From positions 2,816,001 to 2,880,000 of the forward strand of contig OZ255842.1 of NCBI GenBank assembly GCA_965277805.1: 64,000 nucleotides of DNA. The letters run 5' to 3'. The first letter of the stretch is position 1. Every line of letters begins with the position of its first letter. The notes beneath the pieces are model-generated. The model ran no database searches and was not told the origin of the DNA. It saw only the letters and a program-made list of their open reading frames with translations. Source of the DNA: Candidatus Lustribacter sp. Lineage in GTDB: Bacteria; Vulcanimicrobiota; Vulcanimicrobiia; Vulcanimicrobiales; Vulcanimicrobiaceae. Made by a program: the position numbers and the translations under genes. Below, piece after piece: positions 9,429 through 18,076 of the stretch.

Positions 9429-10070
9429 GGACCGCCGGCCGCTGACCGCCCGGCTTCCGCGCGCGTAAAAGCGGTGCGGACGCTCGGCCGCCTTCGTTAT
9501 ACCGATCCGTACGCTGGTCCCGATCGCCGGCGCGGCGCCGTCGTCGGCTATCACGACGCGGTCACCGGCATCGAGGTCGAGCCCGTCGAGCGCGGGCCCG
9601 ATGCCGAAGGCCCGGCAGACGTTGCCAGGCCCGCGCGCGAGTTCGTCATCGCGCAGCCCGTCGCGCCCGCGCTGACTGCGCATCCGGTCGAGACCGGTCA
9701 GCGGCTCGATCGCCCGGATCAACACCGCGGCACCGATCCCGGGCGCTTCGGTGCTGACGTTGACGCAATACGACGTACCATAGATAAGGTACACGTAGAG
9801 ATGCGCGTGCGGTTCGAACATCGCGCGGTTGCGCTTGGTCTCACCGCGATAGGCGTGCGAGGCGGGGTCGTCGATCCCGTACGCCTCGGTCTCGACGATG
9901 CGGCCGGACAATACCGTGCCGTCGTCGAGCCGGCGAATCAGCAGTTTGCCGATGAGGAAGCGCGCGAGTTCCAGCGTTTCCGCCGGAAGGTCGGCGCGCC
10001 GGAGACGTCTATGCGGCGGTGCGAAGCTGGAGCTCGGCGCGGGCGCGCCCTTCGAGATCGGCGATTTCAC
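9417..10070 (-). CDS. mpg: DNA-3-methyladenine glycosylase (MPG/AAG family)
   Basis: GRIVETEAY, D.ASHAY, YVYLIYG, AVLIRAIEP, GPGN.C, RIGI motifs; start uncertain. Confidence 0.92.
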   Translation of the reverse strand: MKSPISKGAPAPSSSFAPPHRRLRRADLPAETLELARFLIGKLLIRRLDDGTVLSGRIVETEAYGIDDPASHAYRGETKRNRAMFEPHAHLYVYLIYGTSYCVNVSTEAPGIGAAVLIRAIEPLTGLDRMRSQRGRDGLRDDELARGPGNVCRAFGIGPALDGLDLDAGDRVVIADDGAAPAIGTSVRIGITKAAERPHRFYARGSRAVSGRRSLSP

Positions 10071-10431
10071 GCGGGTCGGCGCGTTCGACGCGGGCGGCCG
10101 CGAAGCCGTTGAGCGCGCAGCGCGCCTTCACGTACGGCATGCCCAGGGCCGGCGGAACGTGGGCCGGCGAAGAGAGGTCCCGCACGACCCGCTCATCGCC
10201 TACCCGCACGCGGATGCGGGCGAACCCCCGTTTGCGCAGCTCGCCGGCCAGGGCCGCAACCGCGGCATAACCGTATTCGAGGCCCCCGTAGAGAGCGAGC
10301 GGCGTGGCACTGAACGGGATCCGCATCACGCCCCGGCCGCTGCCGTTGGCGACCGCGGCATATGCGATCCCCCGGCCGGTGCCGTCGTGGGCGAAGCCGA
10401 TGAGGACGTCGGCAGCTGAATTGCGATTCAC
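10009..10431 (-). CDS. Hypothetical protein with RNase H-like fold, catalytic acidic residues apparently missing
   Basis: YAAVAALAGELRKRGFARIRVRVGDERVVRDL..YVKARCALNGF...VER follows the RNase HI/RVT_3 pattern; AGGAG RBS before GTG at 10431. Confidence 0.6.
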   Translation of the reverse strand: MNRNSAADVLIGFAHDGTGRGIAYAAVANGSGRGVMRIPFSATPLALYGGLEYGYAAVAALAGELRKRGFARIRVRVGDERVVRDLSSPAHVPPALGMPYVKARCALNGFAAARVERADPREIADLEGRARAELQLRTAA

Positions 10432-10451
10432 GTTCGGTACTCCTGATTTAC

Positions 10452-10480
10452 ATTGTAGATCGAACATACGTTCGAGTCAA
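10452..10480 (-). promoter_or_regulatory. Sigma70 promoter with LexA (Cheo-type SOS) box in the spacer (10461-10474)
   Basis: TTGACT-N17-TACAAT; spacer contains CGAACGTATGTTCG (GAAC-N4-GTTC). Confidence 0.85.
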
Positions 10481-11661
10481 CGGTAGGTCTTGCTTCCAGG
10501 AGCATATTCTCGCACCGGAGTGCCAAATGTACGGCACAGTGAAACCGACTGGTAGACATTCGTGACGGATTCGGCCTGACGGGCCCGGCCGAAGCGCGCC
10601 CGGGCGGATTCCACCCCGGCCGGGTCGCGCGCGGCGCCGGCGGCGGCCGTCAGGGCATCGGCGTAGGCCTGCGGGTCGGGCGGCACGAGCCGGCCGAATC
10701 CGCCCAGCACTTCCCGGTTGACCGCCCCGTCGGCGGCGACCACCGGCAGCCCGGCGGCCAACGCTTCGGCCAGCACCAGGCCCTGCGTTTCGGTCGGACT
10801 CGGAAACACGAACGCATCGCTCGACGCATAGATGTCCGGCAGCGCCGACGGATCAAGTGCGCCGGTGAAGCGCACGCGATCGCGCACGCCGAGCGCGCTC
10901 GCGCGCCGTTCTAAACGCGCCCGATCGGGACCGTCACCCACGATTGCCAAATGCAGATCGCGCGTGCGTCCGAGCGCATCGAGCGCGAGTTCGAGATGTT
11001 TTTCTTTTGCAATGCGCGACACCGTCAACACGATGCGCGCGTCGTCATTGCCGCCGAGCAGCGCGCGCACTTCACGCGTGCGGCGTCCGGCGGCGAAGCG
11101 CTCGACATCGATCGAACTCGGCACGATCGCGATCGGAACGTGAACGCCGAAATCGCGCAAACGCTGATGCATTGCAGCGGTCGGCACGATCACCGCATCC
11201 GCACGATTGGCGAACGTGCGCGTCAGCGCCGTCAGCGCCGCGCGCGCGACGTGCGGTTCGAACGGCGCGTAGTGCGCGTACTCATCGATGCGCGTATGAT
11301 ACGTGAAGACGAGCGGAACGCGAGACCGGCGCGCAAAATTCGCACCGAGCCAGCCCGTAACAAACGGTGAGTGCACGTGCACGAGCGCTGCGCTGCCGAT
11401 GCGCTCGCGTACCGTGCGCGAGAGATACGGAACGCACAAACGATAACCGGTCGATGTCGGTAACGGCAGCGATTGCAAACGCACGATCGCATCGTTTGCA
11501 TCGCGTTCGTGTGGAAAATGCGGCGCGACGATCGTCACGCCGACGTTCACGCTTGCGAGCGCATCGCGCAGCCCATCGATGCTGGCAACCACTCCATTGA
11601 TGACCGGACGATAGCATTCCGTGAAGAATGCGACTGCGGTTGAATGTAGGGGTGCGCGCAT
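10477..11661 (-). CDS. Glycosyltransferase family 4 (1,2-diacylglycerol glucosyltransferase-like)
   Basis: FTECYRP.INGV, HVHSPF, FTYHT, ETQGLVLAEALAAGLPVV. Confidence 0.88.
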   Translation of the reverse strand: MRAPLHSTAVAFFTECYRPVINGVVASIDGLRDALASVNVGVTIVAPHFPHERDANDAIVRLQSLPLPTSTGYRLCVPYLSRTVRERIGSAALVHVHSPFVTGWLGANFARRSRVPLVFTYHTRIDEYAHYAPFEPHVARAALTALTRTFANRADAVIVPTAAMHQRLRDFGVHVPIAIVPSSIDVERFAAGRRTREVRALLGGNDDARIVLTVSRIAKEKHLELALDALGRTRDLHLAIVGDGPDRARLERRASALGVRDRVRFTGALDPSALPDIYASSDAFVFPSPTETQGLVLAEALAAGLPVVAADGAVNREVLGGFGRLVPPDPQAYADALTAAAGAARDPAGVESARARFGRARQAESVTNVYQSVSLCRTFGTPVREYAPGSKTYR

Positions 11662-11717
11662 CAACAGCTCATATATTACAAAGGTCGCATGAAGCATGAT
11701 CTGGAGCACTTGTCAAA

Positions 11718-11746
11718 TCGACACCCTTGACGACGTGTGTTATTAT
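11718..11746 (+). promoter_or_regulatory. Putative sigma70 promoter of the 3D-domain/rsmA operon
   Basis: TCGACA-N17-TATTAT with extended -10 TG. Confidence 0.5.
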
Positions 11747-11750
11747 CCCC

Positions 11751-11894
11751 AGGTCGCGCGGCCTTGGGCTGCCGGCAAACCGACCGAGCAATCAGCTTGC
11801 TCGCTCGTCGAGTTCCCTCTAAAGGGCAGAACGGCCTCATTTATCCGGCACGCATGCATGGATAGATTATCGTTTGCCTCCACCAGGAAAGGAG
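11751..11894 (+). ncRNA. Candidate structured 5' leader RNA
   Basis: Closing stem GGCAAAC/GTTTGCC around three hairpins, ending at the AGGAAAGGAG RBS. Confidence 0.35.
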
Positions 11895-11900
11895 ACGGGT

Positions 11901-12950
11901 ATCGGACGCGACTCCGCGTCGCCGATCGCAGCTATCGGCGTCCTCTCGCTCGGGCTACTGTTGCCCTTAGGCGCTGGACCTCTCACCGACCGGGCCGTCG
12001 GCATGCTTACGAGCAGCGTCGAAGGCCAGACCAAAACCATCACGCTCGTTCGCAACGGGCAGGCCGAGCCGGTTCGCACGCGAGCCATGACGGTCAAAGA
12101 TCTTCTCAGCGAACAGAACATCGAGCGCGCGCCGGACGACGCCCTTGATGTCGACCCCTCGTCCCCGCTCTCTGACGGCGAGACCATCGCGTATCGCGCG
12201 GCCGTACCGGTCACGCTGGTGGTCGACGGGAAGACCCAAACCGTCCAGACATCCGCCGAGACCGTCGGCGAGGTTCTGGCCCAGCAAGCGGTCGCCTTCG
12301 ACGCGCATGACAGCGTCATGCCCACAGTGCCCACCGCCGTTACGGCCGACGGCACGATCCGGGTCGACCACGTCAGTTCGTGGGTCGAACGGGTGAGCAA
12401 GCCCGTCGCCCCGCCGACCGAGCACCTGATCTCGTTCAAGCTGGCCGTCGGTCACATCAAAGTCCTGAAGAACGGGACGCCGGGCATCCGCGAGATCTCA
12501 TACCGGGTCACGCGCAGCGACGACCGGTCCGAGAAGCCCCGCCACGTTCAGCTCGCCTCGCGGATCGTCCGCAAGCCCCAGCCGCGCATCATTGCGGCCG
12601 GCATCGGCGACTACAGCTCCCTCGCCGCCTTCGCGCAGCGCGGGATCGACGGGACGATCAAACTGGCCAAGGACGCCATCTCGATGGTGGCCACCGCCTA
12701 CACCGCGAATTGCTACGGCTGTTCCGGCCTGACCGCCTCCGGGCAGCACGCCGGCCACGGGATCGTGGCGGTCGACCCACGGGTTATCCCGCTCGGCTCC
12801 CACCTCTATATCCCCGGCTACGGCCAAGCCATCGCCGGTGACACCGGCGGCGCCATCCACGGCAACCGGGTCGACCTCGGCTTCAACAGCAACTCCGACG
12901 CCATGCAATTCGGACGCCGGTCTGTTACCGTCTACGTATTACACCCGTAG
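11901..12950 (+). CDS. YabE/RpfB-like cell-wall protein (DUF348 ubiquitin-like repeats, G5, 3D domain)
   Basis: TVKDLL/TVGEVL repeats, G5 (GTPGIREISY), 3D (ATAYT..TASG..VAVDPRVIPLGS..AGDTGGAIHGNRVDL); yabE-ksgA synteny; start ATC 11901 or TTG 11874. Confidence 0.88.
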   Translation: MGRDSASPIAAIGVLSLGLLLPLGAGPLTDRAVGMLTSSVEGQTKTITLVRNGQAEPVRTRAMTVKDLLSEQNIERAPDDALDVDPSSPLSDGETIAYRAAVPVTLVVDGKTQTVQTSAETVGEVLAQQAVAFDAHDSVMPTVPTAVTADGTIRVDHVSSWVERVSKPVAPPTEHLISFKLAVGHIKVLKNGTPGIREISYRVTRSDDRSEKPRHVQLASRIVRKPQPRIIAAGIGDYSSLAAFAQRGIDGTIKLAKDAISMVATAYTANCYGCSGLTASGQHAGHGIVAVDPRVIPLGSHLYIPGYGQAIAGDTGGAIHGNRVDLGFNSNSDAMQFGRRSVTVYVLHP

Positions 12951-12960
12951 ATAGAAGCTC

Positions 12961-13779
12961 ATGAACCCGCGGGCACTCCTGGGTGCTCGCGGGCTGCGCC
13001 CCAAGAAGTCGCTCGGACAGAACTTCCTCATGGACGCCGGCACGTCGGCCCGCATCGCGCGGCTGACGGTCGACGCACCCGGTGACCGGGTGCTCGAAGT
13101 CGGTGCCGGAACCGGCTCGCTCACCGCCGCGCTGCTCGCGGCCGGGGCCGATCTCACCGCCTTCGATCTCGACGACAGCCTGGTCGACATCTTGCGTTCG
13201 CGCGACGATCTCACGAACGTTCGCATCGAGCACGGCGACGCGCTGGATTTCGATTATGCGGAGTACGGCGGCGAACAGCCGTGGCGCGTCGCCGGCAACC
13301 TTCCCTATAACATCGCGACGCCGCTGCTGATCAAACTCGCCCAAATGGAGCGCCCGCCGGAGCGCATCGTGGCGATGATTCAGAAAGACGTCGCCGATCG
13401 GTTGCTCGCGCAGCCGGGGACCGCCGCGTACGGCAGCCTCACCGTGGCGCTGTCGGTCACGATGCGCGTCGAACGCGCGTTCAACGTTTCGCCCGGACAG
13501 TTTTTTCCGCGGCCGAAAGTCGTCTCGTCGGTCGTCGTCTTGCACCGCCTGGAGGCGCCGCTGGTCGACGTGCGCGATCGGCAACGCTTCGAACAGGTCG
13601 TGCGCGGCGCGTTCGCGTACCGCCGCAAGACGCTCGCCAACTCGCTTTCGCTCGCACTCGCACTCCCGCGTGAGCAGATCGCAGCGGCGCTGCTCGCCCT
13701 CGAATTGGACGCCGACATCCGTGGAGAAGCCCTCGATCTCCGAACCTTCGCCGCTCTCGCCGACGCGCTGGCCGGCTGA
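12961..13779 (+). CDS. rsmA: 16S rRNA m6,2A1518/1519 dimethyltransferase
   Basis: KKSLGQNFL, VLEVGAGTGSLT, GNLPYNI, F.PRPKV.S, RRKTL.NSL. Confidence 0.95.
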   Translation: MNPRALLGARGLRPKKSLGQNFLMDAGTSARIARLTVDAPGDRVLEVGAGTGSLTAALLAAGADLTAFDLDDSLVDILRSRDDLTNVRIEHGDALDFDYAEYGGEQPWRVAGNLPYNIATPLLIKLAQMERPPERIVAMIQKDVADRLLAQPGTAAYGSLTVALSVTMRVERAFNVSPGQFFPRPKVVSSVVVLHRLEAPLVDVRDRQRFEQVVRGAFAYRRKTLANSLSLALALPREQIAAALLALELDADIRGEALDLRTFAALADALAG

Positions 13780-14476
13780 CGCCTTCGCCTGGCAGCGCTC
13801 GCTGGCCGTGCTCGTGGCGCTGGGGCTCGCGTTCTATCTCGGGCTTCGGCTCGACGCCACGATCGCCGTGTACTTGGGGTCGACGCGCCACGATTTCAGC
13901 GCGTCGAACCTCACCTGGGGCATCGCGATCGGCCAGTATGTCAGCTACGTGCCGCTGCTCGTGGTGCTGCTGATTGCGATGCCGTGGCTGAGCCGCCGGT
14001 CACTGCGCGAACTCGGACTGCGCGGCTTCGGCCGCACGACCGTGATCGCGGGCGTGCTCGGCGCGCTCGCGATGTACGTGGTGACGATCGGCATCGCGAA
14101 CGTGCAGTTTCTGATCACGCATCAGAAGCCCGAAGAAGCCGCGATCTCGCTCTTCACCTCAACCCACGACACCGCGCTGATCGTGACGTTCACGTTCTTG
14201 GCGGCCGTCGTTGCGCCGTTCATGGAAGAGTTCGTCTTCCGCGGCTTCCTCTTCAACGCGCTGCTGCGCTACATGCCGATCTGGGCCGCGGCCGTGATCA
14301 GCGGCATCATCTTCGGCGCGTCACACGGCTCGCCGAGCGCCTTTCTCCCGCTTGCCGCGAGCGGCGTCGTCCTCGCCTACGTCTACGAACGCAGCGGTTC
14401 GCTGACCGCCGCGATGCTGACCCACGCGCTCTTCAACCTCATCAACGTCGCCCTGATCTCGGTGGCGAAAACCTAA
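13721..14476 (+). CDS. CPBP (CAAX protease-like/Abi) intramembrane metalloprotease
   Basis: EEFVFRG, FGASH, HALFN motifs; start uncertain, overlaps the rsmA end. Confidence 0.85.
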   Translation: MEKPSISEPSPLSPTRWPADAFAWQRSLAVLVALGLAFYLGLRLDATIAVYLGSTRHDFSASNLTWGIAIGQYVSYVPLLVVLLIAMPWLSRRSLRELGLRGFGRTTVIAGVLGALAMYVVTIGIANVQFLITHQKPEEAAISLFTSTHDTALIVTFTFLAAVVAPFMEEFVFRGFLFNALLRYMPIWAAAVISGIIFGASHGSPSAFLPLAASGVVLAYVYERSGSLTAAMLTHALFNLINVALISVAKT

Positions 14477-16080
14477 CCTCCCTGGTGGGGATAGCGCCAG
14501 TCGCGGATGGGAACGAGTTGCTCCTTGATGGTGCGCGGCGACGTCCAGCGAAGCAGGTTGAGCATCGATCCGGCCTTGTCATTTGTGCCTGAAGCACGCG
14601 AGCCGCCGAACGGCTGTTGACCGACGACGGCTCCGGTGGGCTTGTCGTTGATGTAGAAATTGCCGGCGGCACCGCGCAACTGCTTCGTCGCGGCGGCCGG
14701 CACCGCAGGCTCGGTCGCAAATACTGCACCGGTCAGCGCATATGGGGTCGTGCTTACAGCCAATTCGACCGTGCGTTCCCAATCGGCGTCTTCGTAGACG
14801 AACACCGTAAGGATCGGGCCGAACAACTCGCGCGTCATGCCCTCGGAATGCGGATCGTCCGTGCGCAACACCGTCGGTTCGATGAACCAGCCTGCGTTGT
14901 CGTTGGCGGCGCCACCGCAGACGAGCTCGTCGCGGCGGTTTCGTGCGGCGGCCAGCGCGCCCGCGAGGCGCTCGAAGGCCGCGCGGTTGATGACGGCGCC
15001 GAGAAACGTGCGCGGATCGGCCACGTCGCCCATCCGCATTTCGCCGGCAATATCCGCGAGCTCGTCGCGAACGCGCGGCCAAAGGCTGCGTGGAATATAG
15101 GCTCGGGAGGCGGCGGAACATTTCTGGCCTTGATACTCGAAGGCGCCGCGCGCGAGGCCGACCACCAAGGCTTCTACGTCGGCCGAGGGATGCGCGAGCA
15201 CGAAATTCTTGCCGCCCGTTTCGCCAACCAGGCGCGGGTACGTGCTTTGCGCGTTGAGGTTATTTCCAATCAGCCGCCACAGCGAGCTGAAGACGGCGCT
15301 CGAACCGGTAAAGTGCAGACCGGCAAACTTCGGATCGGCGATCGCGATTTCAGCCGCCAGCGCGCCGTCGCCGTGCACGAGATTTATCACGCCGTCGGGC
15401 AAGCCGGCCTCGCGCAGCAGCAGCATCGTGTAGTGCGCGGACAACGCCTGACCGACGGACGGCTTCCACACGACGGTGTTGCCCATCAACGCCGGAGCGC
15501 TCGGCAAGTTGCCGCCGATCGCGGTGAAGTTGAACGGCGAAATGGCCAGCACGAACCCATCGAGCGGACGATAATCGAGCGTGTTCGTGACTTCGGGCGG
15601 CGAGAACGGCTGCTCGGCTTCGATGCGCTCGGCGAAGTAGGCGTTGAAGCGCCAGAAGTCGGCGAGTTCGCACGCGGCGTCGATTTCCGCTTGATGCACC
15701 GATTTCGATTGACCCAACATCGTCGCGGCATTGAGACGCGCGCGCCATGGGCCGGAAAGCAGATCGGCCGCGCGCCGGAAGATCGCCGATCGTTCCGAGA
15801 GTGGCAGCCCTGCCCAATCCGATGCGGCTGCAATGGCCGCGGCAGTCGCGTTTCGAATATCCCATTCGTTCGCTTGATGAACGTGCGCGACGACCAGCTT
15901 GTGATTGTGCGGCGCCGTGAGCTTCAGCACGTCCTTCGAGGCGACGTCGTGATCGCCGATCCGCATCAGCGCCTCGGCCGGCTGCTGCGAAAGCGCGGCC
16001 AGCTCGAGTCGTAACGTCTCGATTGCCGGGCTTCCGGGCGCGTAGGTCGCCACAGGTTCGTTCGCCGGCCGTTCCGTCAT
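14473..16080 (-). CDS. pruA: L-glutamate gamma-semialdehyde (P5C) dehydrogenase
   Basis: SPFNFTAI, FTGS, GETGGKNF, FEYQGQKCSA, NFYINDKPTGAVVGQQPFGG. Confidence 0.95.
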   Translation of the reverse strand: MTERPANEPVATYAPGSPAIETLRLELAALSQQPAEALMRIGDHDVASKDVLKLTAPHNHKLVVAHVHQANEWDIRNATAAAIAAASDWAGLPLSERSAIFRRAADLLSGPWRARLNAATMLGQSKSVHQAEIDAACELADFWRFNAYFAERIEAEQPFSPPEVTNTLDYRPLDGFVLAISPFNFTAIGGNLPSAPALMGNTVVWKPSVGQALSAHYTMLLLREAGLPDGVINLVHGDGALAAEIAIADPKFAGLHFTGSSAVFSSLWRLIGNNLNAQSTYPRLVGETGGKNFVLAHPSADVEALVVGLARGAFEYQGQKCSAASRAYIPRSLWPRVRDELADIAGEMRMGDVADPRTFLGAVINRAAFERLAGALAAARNRRDELVCGGAANDNAGWFIEPTVLRTDDPHSEGMTRELFGPILTVFVYEDADWERTVELAVSTTPYALTGAVFATEPAVPAAATKQLRGAAGNFYINDKPTGAVVGQQPFGGSRASGTNDKAGSMLNLLRWTSPRTIKEQLVPIRDWRYPHQGG

Positions 16081-16083
16081 CGC

Positions 16084-16953
16084 TTATTTACTCCCCATGC
16101 CCAACGCAGCCCGCAGAGCAAAGACCGTGTTCTCCCTGCGTTCGAGCATCCGGCGGCGAAAGTATCTCGCCCAATGTGATCCGAACGGCACGTATATTCG
16201 CACCGAATACCCGTCTTTCGCGAGCGAGCGCTGCAGATCGGGGCGAACGCCGTAGAGCATTTGGAATTCAAACGCGGTCTTGGGAATGTCGCGTTCATCG
16301 GCGAACCGGCGCAAGCGGTCGATGAGATAGGTGTCGTGCGTTGCAAATGCCGGCAAGTGTCCGCCGCCGAACAGCGCGATCGCGCATTTCAGAAAGTTCG
16401 CGCGGATCTCCGCCACATCGCGCATCGCAACGTGGGCCGGTTCGCGATAGGCGCCTTTGCAAAGACGAACGCGCATGCCCAACCTCGTTACCGTTTCGAC
16501 ATCATCGTACGTCCGATAGAGCGCCGCCTGGAGAACCGGTCCGGTATTCGAATGCTCTGCGAACGCCGACGTCACCGTTTCCAGCGTGCTGTTGACCAGC
16601 GCGGACCCTTCCATATCGACCCGGACGAACGGGTCGGCCAAGACCTCGGCGCCGTTCAGAATCGCCTCGTAGCGCCCCATCGTGCCGGCATCGCCCAGTG
16701 TCAAGCCGAGTGCGCTGAGCTTCAGCGAAAGGTTCGTCGTTTTCAAACCTTCGTTCCGGATCGACTCGATGAGCGCGAGGTAGGCGTCGCGCGTGCCGTC
16801 GGCATCAGCAGCGCTTTTGACATCCTCGCCGAGGACGTCGATGGTTGCCTTCAGGCCGTCGCCGTTCAACCGCCGAACGGCTCGAATCGCATCGTCGCTC
16901 GAGTCTCCCGCGACGAAACGCGCCGCTAATGGAAACAACAGCTGTTGCAGCAC
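16084..16953 (-). CDS. putB: Monofunctional proline dehydrogenase
   Basis: RFVAG, VRVDME, RLCKGAY, FATHD, EFQMLYG, YVPFG..W..YF.RR. Confidence 0.92.
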   Translation of the reverse strand: MLQQLLFPLAARFVAGDSSDDAIRAVRRLNGDGLKATIDVLGEDVKSAADADGTRDAYLALIESIRNEGLKTTNLSLKLSALGLTLGDAGTMGRYEAILNGAEVLADPFVRVDMEGSALVNSTLETVTSAFAEHSNTGPVLQAALYRTYDDVETVTRLGMRVRLCKGAYREPAHVAMRDVAEIRANFLKCAIALFGGGHLPAFATHDTYLIDRLRRFADERDIPKTAFEFQMLYGVRPDLQRSLAKDGYSVRIYVPFGSHWARYFRRRMLERRENTVFALRAALGMGSK

Positions 16954-16962
16954 GACGGCTCG

Positions 16963-18066
16963 CTAGGCCGGACGAAGCTCTTGCCCGCCCCCGGCCGCAG
17001 AGCGAACGTCGTCGACGATCGCACGCAAGCGTGCGATGAAGCGCGGCGGAGCGAATGTTTCGGCGTGCGCGCGCAGGGTTTGTGCGTTGAAGCGGGTGCG
17101 GTCGAAGGCGGTGATGGCGGCGGCGAGCGATGCGTCGTTGGGGTCGTCGAAGAACGTGCCGGTTTGGCCCTCGACGATCGTTTCGAGCGCGCCGCCGGCG
17201 CGCAGGGCGATCGTGGGTGTGCCCGCGGCGGCGGCCTCGAGCGGGACGAGGCCGAAGTCTTCTTCGCCCGGCAGAATCACGGCGCGCGCGTCGCCCGCCA
17301 GCGCGTTGACCGCCGCATCGTCGATATAGCCGTGGAATGTCGTCTGCGTGCCGGCGGCGAGCGCGCGCAGTGCGGCCTCGTGCGGTCCGCTGCCGACGAC
17401 GTGCAACGCTACGCCGGCCTGCGCGCACGCGCGGATCGCCCGGTCGACCGCCTTGTACGAGAGCAAGCGCGAGATCACGACGAAGTAGTCGCCGCGGCCG
17501 GCGCCCGGCGTGAAGCGATCGACGTCGACCGCGCACGGGAGCACGTCGGCGTCGCGTCCGTAGTAGCGGCGAATGCGATCGGCGACGTTGCGCGAGTTGG
17601 CGACGAAGCGGGTCGGGCGCTGCGCGGCGCGCACGTCCCACTTCGCCAGCGCGGCGACGACCGGACGCGCCAGCGGGTTGCCGGTGAGGCCGCCGACGTA
17701 GCGTCCTTCATCGAAAACGAAACGGCTCACGGTGTTGATGTAGCACACGTGCACGGCGCCGGGCGGCACGATCACGCCCTTCGCCCACGATGTCGTGGAA
17801 CTGACGATCGTGTCGTAACCGCGCAGGTCGAACGACTCGAACGCCGCCGGATAGAACGGCGCATAAGCGCGAAAAAGCCTTTGTTTTAAAGGAAAATTCT
17901 GCAGGAACGACGTGTGCACGAGCGCTTGCGGAACGATGTCGGCGAGGTCGGGCGAGTAGATCGAGGTGTACACCGGAGCACCGGGGTACGCCGTGAGAAA
18001 ATGTGCGAAGACCCGCTCCGCGCCGCCGCGCTGGTTGAGGTAATCGTGAACGAGTGCGACGCGCAG
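16963..18066 (-). CDS. Glycosyltransferase family 4 (WbaZ-like); probable CTG start
   Basis: Conserved N-terminus RVALVHDYLNQRGGAERV lies upstream of the ORF-track start; EEDFGLVPLEAAAAGTP. Confidence 0.88.
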   Translation of the reverse strand: MRVALVHDYLNQRGGAERVFAHFLTAYPGAPVYTSIYSPDLADIVPQALVHTSFLQNFPLKQRLFRAYAPFYPAAFESFDLRGYDTIVSSTTSWAKGVIVPPGAVHVCYINTVSRFVFDEGRYVGGLTGNPLARPVVAALAKWDVRAAQRPTRFVANSRNVADRIRRYYGRDADVLPCAVDVDRFTPGAGRGDYFVVISRLLSYKAVDRAIRACAQAGVALHVVGSGPHEAALRALAAGTQTTFHGYIDDAAVNALAGDARAVILPGEEDFGLVPLEAAAAGTPTIALRAGGALETIVEGQTGTFFDDPNDASLAAAITAFDRTRFNAQTLRAHAETFAPPRFIARLRAIVDDVRSAAGGGQELRPA

Positions 18067-18076
18067 GGGTCTAGGA

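Noticed and set aside
11774-11800. GGCAAACC as a c-di-GMP-I riboswitch
   Set aside because: No GNRA-capped P2 or ACGCAAA follows; kept only as an unclassified leader.
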